NCBI GenBank assembly: GCA_036392935.1
Contig: DASVWZ010000156.1
Coordinates: forward strand, 1,433-65,432
Source: Terriglobales bacterium
GTDB taxonomy: Bacteria > Acidobacteriota > Terriglobia > Terriglobales > Acidobacteriaceae
Direction: 5' to 3'
Length of the DNA: 64,000 bases
The translations under genes and the position numbers were made by a program. Under the pieces are notes generated by a model that was given only the letters and a program-made list of their open reading frames with translations, had not been told where the DNA came from and did not search any database. Shown one piece after another: positions 50,921 through 58,499 of this stretch (position 1 is the stretch's first letter; every line of letters begins with the position of its first letter).

Positions 50921-53776
50921 ATGAACCGAGAATTATTTGTGTCCTCTACCCCGCATGAAACCCATGTGGGCTTGGTGGAAGACGATCAGTTGGCTGAGGT
51001 TTACCTCGAACGTGAAAACGAGTACACCCTCGCCGGCTCCATTTACAAGGGCAAAGTCACCCGCGTCCTCCCCGGCATGCAATCGGCTTTCGTCGATATC
51101 GGCCTCGAGCGCGACGCCTTCCTCTACGTCTCCGATTTCATGGAGCTTCAGGATGAAGACGAAGTCGACGACATCCCCACCCAGCAACGCACCTTTCAAC
51201 CCACCCCTGACGCCCAGCCGGTAAACGAATCGGCCGCCGGCGACCAAGAAGGCGACGAAGGCGCCCCATCTTCTGAAGCCGACGGCAACCGCCAGAATGG
51301 CCAGCGCGATCGCGAAGGCCGGGGTAGTTGGCGCGGCCGTCGCCGCCGCGGACGCCGTGGCGAGCGCATGCCCGAAGCCAAGTACGCCTCCACTGGCGAA
51401 TCCCGCGAGTCTTCCTCCGAAAATCGTGAACCCCGTGAAGACAGCCGCGACAGCCGTGGCAATCGAGAGGACCGTGAGACTCGTGGTAACCGTGACGATG
51501 CACGCGAAACCCGCGGCAATCGCCAGGATCGTGAAGACTCCCGCGACAGTCGTGACTCCCGAGGCTCCCGTGGCGGCCGTGACCGTGATCGCGGTTCCCG
51601 TGATCGCGATCGCTCCAGCCGTGACAGCTACGGCCCACCCCCCGGATACCAGCCCATCCTGCTACCCGGCGAGTCCATCTCCAAGTATCAGCGTCAGGCC
51701 CAGGCCGCCGCAGTCGGATCCAGTTCCACCTCCACTCGCGAAGCCCAACCAGCCAAGTCCTTCCCCGACGACGAGCCTCTTTTTGCCGCCGCCGAAGTCG
51801 ACCAGCTTCTCCAGGCCTCACCAGCTGCTTCCACGGTTCAGGAAAACGAGACGGCCGCTCCCGAAGTCGGCACTGACGATTGGGACCGTGAGCAACAACG
51901 TCTTCATCGCATGAACGTTGCCCGCGTCTTCGGCGAAGAAGCGGAAGACAGAGCCATCGCCAACCGCCGCGCCGCCCAGGAAGAAGTCGAGAAAGAGGAA
52001 GACGAAGACGAAGACGCGGTCGATTTTCGAAAAAACGAAATCGGCGAAGCCGAACTCGTCGAGGAGCAGGCAGAAGCCAACGCTGCTCCGGTCATCCACG
52101 AAGAAGTCATTGAAGGCGAAGAAGCCGATCTCGCCGACTACGTCGAAGAACTCGATCAGGACGCCGCTTTCGAAGAACTGGAAGAAGAAACCCAATCCGC
52201 CGACGGCTCCCGCTCCACCGCCGTCACCGAACTCGCTGCCTCCGGCGAACCACCGGTAGATCTCGCCCCAACTGGTTCCGAGGGTATTGGAGAAGACACC
52301 GACGAATTCTTCTCTTCCGAACTTCAGGCCGCCTCCGGCGACTCCGAAGAAGACGACGAAGAGGCCGAGCTCGATGAAGCCCAGGCCGAAGCCGAAGCCC
52401 TGCTCGCCGCCGAAGCCGGCGGCAATGGCAACGTCGACCGCGCCGAAGTTCGCGCTCCCGCTGCCACCGCTGGCTACACCCAGCGCGCCCAGCGCGCCGG
52501 ATACGAGCGCCGTGGCGGCTTCCGCGGACGCCGTGGCCCACGCGGCCGCTTCCGCCGTCAGGAATCGCGCCCGCTCCCGCAGATCACCGATCTGCTCAAG
52601 GAAGGCCAGGAAGTCCTCATCCAGATCGCCAAAGAACCGATCGGTAAAAAAGGCGCCCGCATCACCAGCCACATCGCTCTGCCTGGACGCTTCCTCGTCT
52701 ACATGCCCACCGTCAATCACACCGGCGTCTCGCGCAAAATCAACTCTGAGGAAGAGCGCCAGCGCCTCAAGCGCATCATCCTCAGCGAGCGCGAAAACGG
52801 CCACGGTGGCTTCATCGTTCGCACCGCCGCCCAGGGCGCCAATGAAGAAGAGCTCCGCGCCGATATCCGCTTCCTGAAGAATCTCTGGAACGAGATCCGC
52901 AACCGCTCCGAATCGAGCAAGGCTCCCGCGCTCATCTATCACGATCTCAACATCGTCGAGCGCGTCCTCCGCGACCAGGTCAACTCCGATTTCTCCGCCA
53001 TCTGGGTCGACACCGAGGCGGAATACGAGCGCATCCTTCGTTTCGCCACCCGCTTCCAGCCCGGCCTGGTCAAGCGCGTCAAGCTGTATACGAAAGAGAC
53101 TCCGCTCTACGAGCAGTTCGGCCTCAACGAAGAAATCAACAAGGCGCTCAAATCCAAAGTCTGGCTCAAAAGCGGCGGATACATCGTCATCAACCAGACC
53201 GAAGCCCTCGTCGCCATCGACGTCAACACCGGCAAATATGTCGGCAAGACCACCCGCCTCGAGGACACCATCGTCAAGACCAACGTCGACGCCATCAAGG
53301 AAATCGTCCGCCAGATTCGCCTGCGCGACCTCGGCGGCATCATCGTCATCGACTTCATCGACATGGACGAGCGCCGCAATCGCCAGAAAGTCATGCAGGC
53401 CCTCGAAGAGGCCCTGCGCGCCGATCGCGCCCCGTCCAAGGTCCTTCAGTTCAACGATTTCGGACTGGTCGCCATCACTCGCAAACGCGTCAAGCAGTCG
53501 CTCGAACGTACCATAGGCACTCCCTGCCCGTACTGCCAGGCCACCGGATACGTCAAGTCCGTGCCCACCGTCTGCGACGAAATCTACATCGAGATGCGCA
53601 AGCTCGCCAAGCACCTCGAGCATCCCGACGTCATGCTGCGCGTGAACCCCGAAGTCGCCAAGGCCCTCAAAGCCAACGGCGCGCGCCTGTTGAACGAACT
53701 CGAAGAATTAACCCACAAAACCGTCATCGTGAAGAGCGATCCCGCCCTCCACCAGGAACAATTCGACGTCAACTAA
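50921..53776 (+). CDS. rne: ribonuclease E/G with a large disordered insertion inside the S1 domain
   Basis: First half of S1: SIYKGKVTRVLPGMQSAFVDIGLERDAFLYVSDF. About 480 aa of Arg-rich and acidic low complexity follow. S1 then resumes (ITDLLKEGQEVLIQIAKEPIGKKGARITSHIALPGRFLVYMP), followed by the catalytic core (IVINQTEALVAIDVNTG, GGIIVIDFIDM) and a Zn-link-like CPYCQATG. Confidence 0.9.
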   Translation: MNRELFVSSTPHETHVGLVEDDQLAEVYLERENEYTLAGSIYKGKVTRVLPGMQSAFVDIGLERDAFLYVSDFMELQDEDEVDDIPTQQRTFQPTPDAQPVNESAAGDQEGDEGAPSSEADGNRQNGQRDREGRGSWRGRRRRGRRGERMPEAKYASTGESRESSSENREPREDSRDSRGNREDRETRGNRDDARETRGNRQDREDSRDSRDSRGSRGGRDRDRGSRDRDRSSRDSYGPPPGYQPILLPGESISKYQRQAQAAAVGSSSTSTREAQPAKSFPDDEPLFAAAEVDQLLQASPAASTVQENETAAPEVGTDDWDREQQRLHRMNVARVFGEEAEDRAIANRRAAQEEVEKEEDEDEDAVDFRKNEIGEAELVEEQAEANAAPVIHEEVIEGEEADLADYVEELDQDAAFEELEEETQSADGSRSTAVTELAASGEPPVDLAPTGSEGIGEDTDEFFSSELQAASGDSEEDDEEAELDEAQAEAEALLAAEAGGNGNVDRAEVRAPAATAGYTQRAQRAGYERRGGFRGRRGPRGRFRRQESRPLPQITDLLKEGQEVLIQIAKEPIGKKGARITSHIALPGRFLVYMPTVNHTGVSRKINSEEERQRLKRIILSERENGHGGFIVRTAAQGANEEELRADIRFLKNLWNEIRNRSESSKAPALIYHDLNIVERVLRDQVNSDFSAIWVDTEAEYERILRFATRFQPGLVKRVKLYTKETPLYEQFGLNEEINKALKSKVWLKSGGYIVINQTEALVAIDVNTGKYVGKTTRLEDTIVKTNVDAIKEIVRQIRLRDLGGIIVIDFIDMDERRNRQKVMQALEEALRADRAPSKVLQFNDFGLVAITRKRVKQSLERTIGTPCPYCQATGYVKSVPTVCDEIYIEMRKLAKHLEHPDVMLRVNPEVAKALKANGARLLNELEELTHKTVIVKSDPALHQEQFDVN

Positions 53777-53793
53777 CCGCTTTTGCTTGTGTA

Positions 53794-53827
53794 GGGCGGA
53801 CACTCCTGTCCGCCCCTCTTTTGTTTT
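53794..53827 (+). terminator. rho-independent terminator of rne
   Basis: GGGCGGACA-CTCC-TGTCCGCCC followed by CTCTTTTGTTTT, 18 nt after the stop codon. Confidence 0.75.
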
Positions 53828-53885
53828 CACTTCCGCATGCTGACTTCTTACTTCTGCACTGCGGCCGGATTTTGCTCTTGGGTGG

Positions 53886-53945
53886 CGCAGCGCTTCAGCG
53901 CTGCGATTCGAACCCGGATAAGCGACGGCTTTAGCCGCTGAGGTA
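53886..53945 (+). repeat. two-hairpin REP-like element (divergent member)
   Basis: GCAGCGC-TTCA-GCGCTGC, then a spacer, then GACGGC-TTTA-GCCGCT. Same architecture as the elements at 57649 and 59113. Confidence 0.55.
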
Positions 53946-53980
53946 AGAAGCGCTGTCGCGTTCTTTGCGATTGAGTGGAA

Positions 53981-54016
53981 AAAGAAAAGATTGGGGCGGA
54001 CACTCCTGTCCGCCCC
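53981..54016 (-). terminator. second copy of the same hairpin, oriented as terminator of the 54036..54311 gene
   Basis: GGGGCGGACACTCCTGTCCGCCCC at 53993..54016. On the minus strand it is followed by TCTTTTCTTTTT. Confidence 0.6.
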
Positions 54017-54035
54017 TTTCTTGCATTCTGACTGC

Positions 54036-54311
54036 TTACTTCTGCACTGCCGCCTGACTCTTCGCCCAGATCGACGCGTTCAAACACTCCACCGTCCCAT
54101 CCACCACCTTGCCCAACCCTTCTTTGAACTTCGCTTCATCCACCACATCTTTCGCCAGCACCGCATCGCTCAGCGACAGCGCCGTCTGCAGAAACGACAT
54201 CACCGCATCCTTCTTCTGCGCCCCCGTGTTTCTGTTAAACAACCCCTCAATGCCATTCACAATCGTCGGCACAAACCCCATGATCTGCAACAACCTCGTC
54301 ACAAACACCAT
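54036..54311 (-). CDS. small protein, N-terminal hydrophobic helix; tentatively LL-H-type phage holin-like
   Basis: MVFVTRLLQIMGFVPTIVNGIEGLF...GAQKKDAVMSFLQTAL...VVDEAKFKEGLGKVVDGTVECLNAS (91 aa). AAGGAG lies 9 nt upstream of the ATG at 54311. The family call is from remembered pattern only. Confidence 0.45.
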   Translation of the reverse strand: MVFVTRLLQIMGFVPTIVNGIEGLFNRNTGAQKKDAVMSFLQTALSLSDAVLAKDVVDEAKFKEGLGKVVDGTVECLNASIWAKSQAAVQK

Positions 54312-54453
54312 CTCATCTCTCCTTTTCTGATTTGACTTCTGCCTTCTCACTTCTAACTTCCGCCTTGCCACTTCCCATTCCTGCACACCCAAACATCGCG
54401 CCCGTGATCTACGTCACAGCCAGGCGACGAGACGAACCCGCACCATAACTCCG

Positions 54454-54819
54454 GTGAACCAAAAGACCGACCTCGACCTCAGATCCCGAACAAAGACATT
54501 CGCCCTGAGCACTCTCTGTCTCTGTCGTGATCTGCCCGCAAAAGACGAAGCCCGCACCATCGGTCGGCAACTGCTGCGCTCTTCCACTTCAGTTGGCGCC
54601 AACTACCGGGCGGCTTGCCGCGCTCGAACCAAGACCGAATTCATCGCCAAGCTCGGTATCGTCCTCGAGGAAGCTGACGAGTCTGCATTCTGGCTCGAAC
54701 TTCTTTCCGAGGGCGGCATCGCGAACTCCGATAACGTAAAAGCTTTGCTCGGCGAGGCCAACCAACTGATCTCTATCTTCGTGACCTCCATCCGAACAGC
54801 CAAGGGAATGCAAGAGTGA
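54454..54819 (+). CDS. four-helix-bundle protein (TIGR02436 / 23S rRNA intervening-sequence protein family)
   Basis: TIGRQLLRSSTSVGANYRAACRARTKTEFIAKLGIVLEEADESAFWLELL is the hallmark of this family. GTG start. Lies on the opposite strand to its neighbours. Confidence 0.8.
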   Translation: MNQKTDLDLRSRTKTFALSTLCLCRDLPAKDEARTIGRQLLRSSTSVGANYRAACRARTKTEFIAKLGIVLEEADESAFWLELLSEGGIANSDNVKALLGEANQLISIFVTSIRTAKGMQE

Positions 54820-54840
54820 CAAGTTAGAGAGCCCCGCCTT

Positions 54841-54967
54841 GTTCCTAACCTCTGCCCTCTGCCCTCTCACTTCTAACTTCTGCCTTCGTTCCTGACTTCT
54901 GCCTTCTCACTTCTAACTTCTGCCTTTGTTCCTGACTTCTGCCTTCTCACTTCTAACTTCTGCCTTC
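54841..54967. repeat. three tandem copies of a ~40-nt unit made of NNAGAAG-type heptamers
   Basis: The unit GTTCCTGACTTCTGCCTTCTCACTTCTAACTTCTGCCTT(T/C) occurs at 54888..54927 and 54928..54967. A 47-nt variant lies at 54841..54887, and a further partial copy at 54333..54366. Confidence 0.85.
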
Positions 54968-54969
54968 CC

Positions 54970-55272
54970 CTACTTCCACCACCTGTCTTTCGTCGTAAAC
55001 ACCGCGCTGATCACGAATGCGATCGCCGCATTCAGCAGCCGGTCATACACGCTGCGCCGCACATCGTTTTTCTCGAGCACCATGATCCGGTCTTCCATAA
55101 TCTTCACCAGCCCCGGCTGCTGTCCTCCCGCCAGCATGTCCATCTTGGCTTCGAGGCGCGCCAGTTTTTCCAGCACCTCGTGCTCAAATACTTCGCTCTC
55201 CACCCGCACCACCAGCGGCTTTCCCGCCATCGACCCGGCCGCCAGATTTCTCAAAACATCGTCTTGGCTCAT
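54970..55272 (-). CDS. small coiled-coil protein with C-terminal TM helix (XhlA-like architecture)
   Basis: MSQDDVLRNL...FEHEVLEKLARLEAKMDMLAGG...RLLNAAIAFVISAVFTTKDRWWK (100 aa). Its ATG overlaps the upstream stop as ATGA (55269..55272). Confidence 0.55.
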   Translation of the reverse strand: MSQDDVLRNLAAGSMAGKPLVVRVESEVFEHEVLEKLARLEAKMDMLAGGQQPGLVKIMEDRIMVLEKNDVRRSVYDRLLNAAIAFVISAVFTTKDRWWK

Positions 55273-57602
55273 AATGGATAGTCCACGTGTAACGCCGCCG
55301 AATACCGCGAATACTTCGCCGGCGTCGAATTGTCGTATTGCTGCAGATAGCAATCCTGTATCTGCGACAGCCGCGGAATCGTGAACGTCTGCGTCGTAAA
55401 CCGCCCGATCAGGTTCTGATTATTTCCCGCGCCCCACCCCTCATCGCTCCATCTCACTTCAATTCCTCCTCCTGCCGGCGGCGCATTCCCGGCATCGATG
55501 CTCATGGTCGTCGATGTCGCCTCCGTGATCTGCGCCGCCGTCAAATCCGCAATGTACGAACTCCCAATCTCCGAGTTCGCAAACTGCGTCACATCCACCG
55601 GCATCGAAACCTTAGCTGCCTCAAACTCGAAGCCCAGCGCCGGATTCGCCGCCTGCCCAAACGCAATCTGATACATGCTGTTTTCTCCCGCCAGGTCCTG
55701 CACCTCGATCTGCACCTCTTTCACAATCGCCGAAAACGAAGCGCCGCATCCCGCCACGCCCACATTCAACCCATCGCCCGGAAAAATATCCGCTGCTCCG
55801 CCCGGCAGGTAGTTGCTCCACGTTGTGTACTCTCCGCTCCACGCCGCATTCGCCGCATCGTCCAGAATCGCCAGTGCCGCGTTCTCGCAATCCGCCGCCG
55901 TCCGCGCCAGCGGCAGTTTCACGTGCCGTACGGCTGCCCGCCCGCCATCGTCGATCCCGTACCGTTGCTCCGCGATGCTCGCCGGATTTGTGACCCATGC
56001 CACTGCCCGCCCCCGCCCGCGGTAATGCACTTCAATCTGCTCGTCGGCCGCCGGAACATACTCCGTATAAAACTCCAGCGTGTCGCTCGACGTGATCGTG
56101 CACTGCGCGCCATCCTTCAAATCGCCCGCCAGCAGCGTGCTGAACGCCTGCCCCGGCAGCGCGCCACGCACGCACGCGTTCGGCACATCCAGAATCCGCG
56201 TGAATGCCACCGTGCACTCCAGGTTCGCCGCATTGATCAGGGCGTACGTGCAGAATCCCGGCGGCGCCGTCATCAGGTTGTCATACAGGACCGTCGATGG
56301 AGCCACTTCTGTCGCCGGGTTCAGCGGATCGATGTCATGCACCTCCAGCACCACCTGGACCTGCGCCGGAATCGCCGCTCCGCCATACCCCGCGCCCGCC
56401 GGATGGTCCGCCGAATGGAACGTCTGCTCTTGCCGGAAAATCTCCTGCGAATACAGCCGCGTCGTCATCACGTAGTGATGTCCGCTCGCCGTCGTCATTA
56501 CCACTCCCGTCGCTACCCCGTTGATCACCGCCTGAATATTCGACTGGCTCCCGTTCGGCGTAATCAGGAATCCCGCCAGACATCCCCCAATCGACACCGC
56601 TCCCGGATACAATCCTCCAATCACCGCGCTCGACGCTGCGCTGAACTGCACATCCCCATGCTGAATCACCACTGCCCCGCCCAGTTGCACCTGCTCCACC
56701 AGCTGCACCGTAGTGGCTCCATCCACTCCCGTTCCGCCCGCAATATGCAGCTTCGCCGCCTGGATCGACACTGCGCTCGCCGGGTCCGTTACCGTCCAAA
56801 GCGCCGGGCTGAGCGCCGTCTCCGTGTACTCTTCATCCAGAATGATTTCGCTGGTCTTCTGAAACGGCGTCTGCGAGAGATAAAACTTGTACGTCAACCC
56901 ATCGCCAACGAAATAATCCTTCACATACGGCTGCGGCTCCATGTCTCCGATCACCGTCACGTTGTTGGCTACATCGTTCGCGACCGCCAGCTTCAACCCT
57001 TGCGGCACGAAGGTCGGGTCCGCATCACCCAGCGCGTATGCGCTCGCGCCCAGTGGAGCAAAACTCAACGAGCCGTTCTGCAGCCGGTAGCATGCCCGCG
57101 CCTGCGCCGCCAGTTCTGCCGCGTGTTGCGACCACGTCTTCTGCGGATCGGCTGCATACCCCGCCACATAATCCAGGCTTTGCACCGCGCTCACGTCAAT
57201 CGACGCGCCCATCAAATCCTGCGTCAGTTGCCGCAACGCCGCGCCCGCTGTCCGCTCCACAAACGGCACCACCACCGGTACCTGTTTCAGGTCGAGCAGC
57301 GCTTCATCGCCCTCCGCCACCACGTCATACCGGTACAGCGGTCCCTGCTCGCCGCGTCCCAAATATTCGAACGCCGGCGCCTGCGTCAGATATCCCGTAA
57401 ACACCAGTTGCCCGCCCGCCAGCGTCAGCACGACGCGCGCCCCCGCCACCGGAACCACGAATCCCGCCCCGCCCACCAAACTTGCCGACATCTCCGCCGG
57501 CTGATTCAGCTTCCTGACCACCTTCGGCAGTCGTTCCGCAGCGATTGCCGACGTATAATCCCGCAGCCCCGCCCCATTCAAATTGTCTATTTGCAATGTC
57601 AT
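55269..57602 (-). CDS. large beta-rich protein with phage tail-tip/baseplate-hub-like N-terminus
   Basis: 777 aa. N-terminal ~220 aa (QLVFTGYLTQAPAFEYLGRGEQGPLYRYDVVAEGDEALLDLK...TWSQHAAELAAQARACYRLQNGSLSFAPLG) follows the gp27/gpD/Tal-type hub pattern as I recall it. The remainder is Gly/Ala/Val/Thr-rich beta-type sequence. The equally long + strand ORF is Arg-rich nonsense. Confidence 0.6.
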   Translation of the reverse strand: MTLQIDNLNGAGLRDYTSAIAAERLPKVVRKLNQPAEMSASLVGGAGFVVPVAGARVVLTLAGGQLVFTGYLTQAPAFEYLGRGEQGPLYRYDVVAEGDEALLDLKQVPVVVPFVERTAGAALRQLTQDLMGASIDVSAVQSLDYVAGYAADPQKTWSQHAAELAAQARACYRLQNGSLSFAPLGASAYALGDADPTFVPQGLKLAVANDVANNVTVIGDMEPQPYVKDYFVGDGLTYKFYLSQTPFQKTSEIILDEEYTETALSPALWTVTDPASAVSIQAAKLHIAGGTGVDGATTVQLVEQVQLGGAVVIQHGDVQFSAASSAVIGGLYPGAVSIGGCLAGFLITPNGSQSNIQAVINGVATGVVMTTASGHHYVMTTRLYSQEIFRQEQTFHSADHPAGAGYGGAAIPAQVQVVLEVHDIDPLNPATEVAPSTVLYDNLMTAPPGFCTYALINAANLECTVAFTRILDVPNACVRGALPGQAFSTLLAGDLKDGAQCTITSSDTLEFYTEYVPAADEQIEVHYRGRGRAVAWVTNPASIAEQRYGIDDGGRAAVRHVKLPLARTAADCENAALAILDDAANAAWSGEYTTWSNYLPGGAADIFPGDGLNVGVAGCGASFSAIVKEVQIEVQDLAGENSMYQIAFGQAANPALGFEFEAAKVSMPVDVTQFANSEIGSSYIADLTAAQITEATSTTMSIDAGNAPPAGGGIEVRWSDEGWGAGNNQNLIGRFTTQTFTIPRLSQIQDCYLQQYDNSTPAKYSRYSAALHVDYPL

Positions 57603-57648
57603 ATATGTGTCTCTGTCTAGTTCGCCAAACCGGAAACTGTTCGGGAGG

Positions 57649-57730
57649 GCACGGCTTCAGCCGTGCCGCCCAATGCACCCTAACCCATGTCATTCCGAAC
57701 GGCTCTAGCCGTGAGGAATCTGCTGTTTGC
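57649..57730 (+). repeat. two-hairpin REP-like element, copy A
   Basis: GCACGGC-TTCA-GCCGTGC ... CATTCCGAACGGCTCTAGCCGTGAGGAATCTGCTG. Roughly 85 percent identical, by eye, to copy B at 59113. Confidence 0.7.
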
Positions 57731-57790
57731 TTTCAGTTCTGCATTCCGACTTCCTGGCCACTTCTGCCTTCTACCTTCTGACTTCTGCAT

Positions 57791-58384
57791 TCATTTCACC
57801 CCGCACACCCCCACAGCCCCGTCCAGCCCAGCATCCCCGCTCGCCCCGCAGATCTGCTCGTTCCACTGCTTCTTCAATTCCGCCGCTCGGGGCAGCGCAG
57901 TCTTCTGCGCGCTCACCTGCGCAGCAGCCGCTCCGGAACTCTGCGGAATCAGCTGCGCAAAGCTGTCTACTGTGGTCACAATCAGATTGACTGCTGCCGC
58001 AATCCTCGCCGACAAAGCCGCATTCTCAATGTGTGCCGCCTGTAGCAGCGCCGGCAGATTCTGATTGATGTCCGCAATCGCCGCCTGTATCTGTTCCAGC
58101 AGCGTCGCGCTCGGCGCAGCTTTGTACTGGTTGTAAAGTGACGCCAGCAGATTCAGATCCGCGCTCGCCTGCGCCGAAATCTTCTGAATCGCCGCCGCAT
58201 CCGCCGCGCTGATCTGCTGCCCTGACTCGAGCGTGCTTACCACCGTCCCAATGTTCAGCGCCATCTGTGTCAGCACCGGCAAATCCGCCAGCGCCACGCT
58301 GATCCACTCCGCGCTGCAGCCCGTCGCGGCCAGCGCCACCGCCAAAACCACCACCAACCCCACCTTCGCTCCATTCACTTTCAT
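57791..58384 (-). CDS. all-helical lipoprotein, unknown function
   Basis: Signal peptide with lipobox: MKVNGAKVGLVVVLAVALAATGC. The rest is Ala/Leu/Gln-rich and predicted helical. C-terminus: CGASGDAGLDGAVGVCGVK. Confidence 0.6.
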   Translation of the reverse strand: MKVNGAKVGLVVVLAVALAATGCSAEWISVALADLPVLTQMALNIGTVVSTLESGQQISAADAAAIQKISAQASADLNLLASLYNQYKAAPSATLLEQIQAAIADINQNLPALLQAAHIENAALSARIAAAVNLIVTTVDSFAQLIPQSSGAAAAQVSAQKTALPRAAELKKQWNEQICGASGDAGLDGAVGVCGVK

Positions 58385-58420
58385 TTTTTCTCCTTTTCAT
58401 TTTTCTGTTAGCTTGAAAAC

Positions 58421-58493
58421 TAGCCGTGAGCCAAAAGCCGAGAGCTAATAGCCATAAGCCTTAGCTGACGACTGATGACTGACGACTGACGAC
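58421..58493 (+). repeat. AGCCNNN heptamers followed by four TGAYGAC heptamers, ending 6 nt before the fmdE-like ATG
   Basis: TAGCCGT GAGCCAA AAGCCGA GAGCTAA TAGCCAT AAGCCTT AGC TGACGAC TGATGAC TGACGAC TGACGAC TAGCAA ATG. Confidence 0.8.
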
Positions 58494-58499
58494 TAGCAA

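Noticed and set aside
53848-54087. Track ORF of 79 aa spanning the rne terminator region, and similar short ORFs over REP-like elements such as 57687..58064(+) and 58985..59170(+).
   Set aside because: They are read through hairpin repeats and terminators (peptides such as RLKPSLIRVRIAALKRCATQ and SFRTALAVRNLLFA). These are known-style artefacts of translating REP elements.
54841-54967. The tandem 40-nt repeats as a possible CRISPR array.
   Set aside because: Copies are directly adjacent with no unique spacers, the unit is itself made of heptamer sub-repeats, and no cas genes are present.
54454-57602. A diversity-generating retroelement (Avd-like four-helix-bundle gene next to a large beta-rich target protein).
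   Set aside because: There is no reverse transcriptase gene in the window. I saw no template/variable repeat pair matching the 3' end of the 777-aa gene.
54036-58384. An intact or inducible prophage.
   Set aside because: No integrase, terminase, portal, capsid, tube/sheath or endolysin genes and no tRNA attachment site are present. The segment is only ~4.4 kb and is flanked by rne and gatCA.
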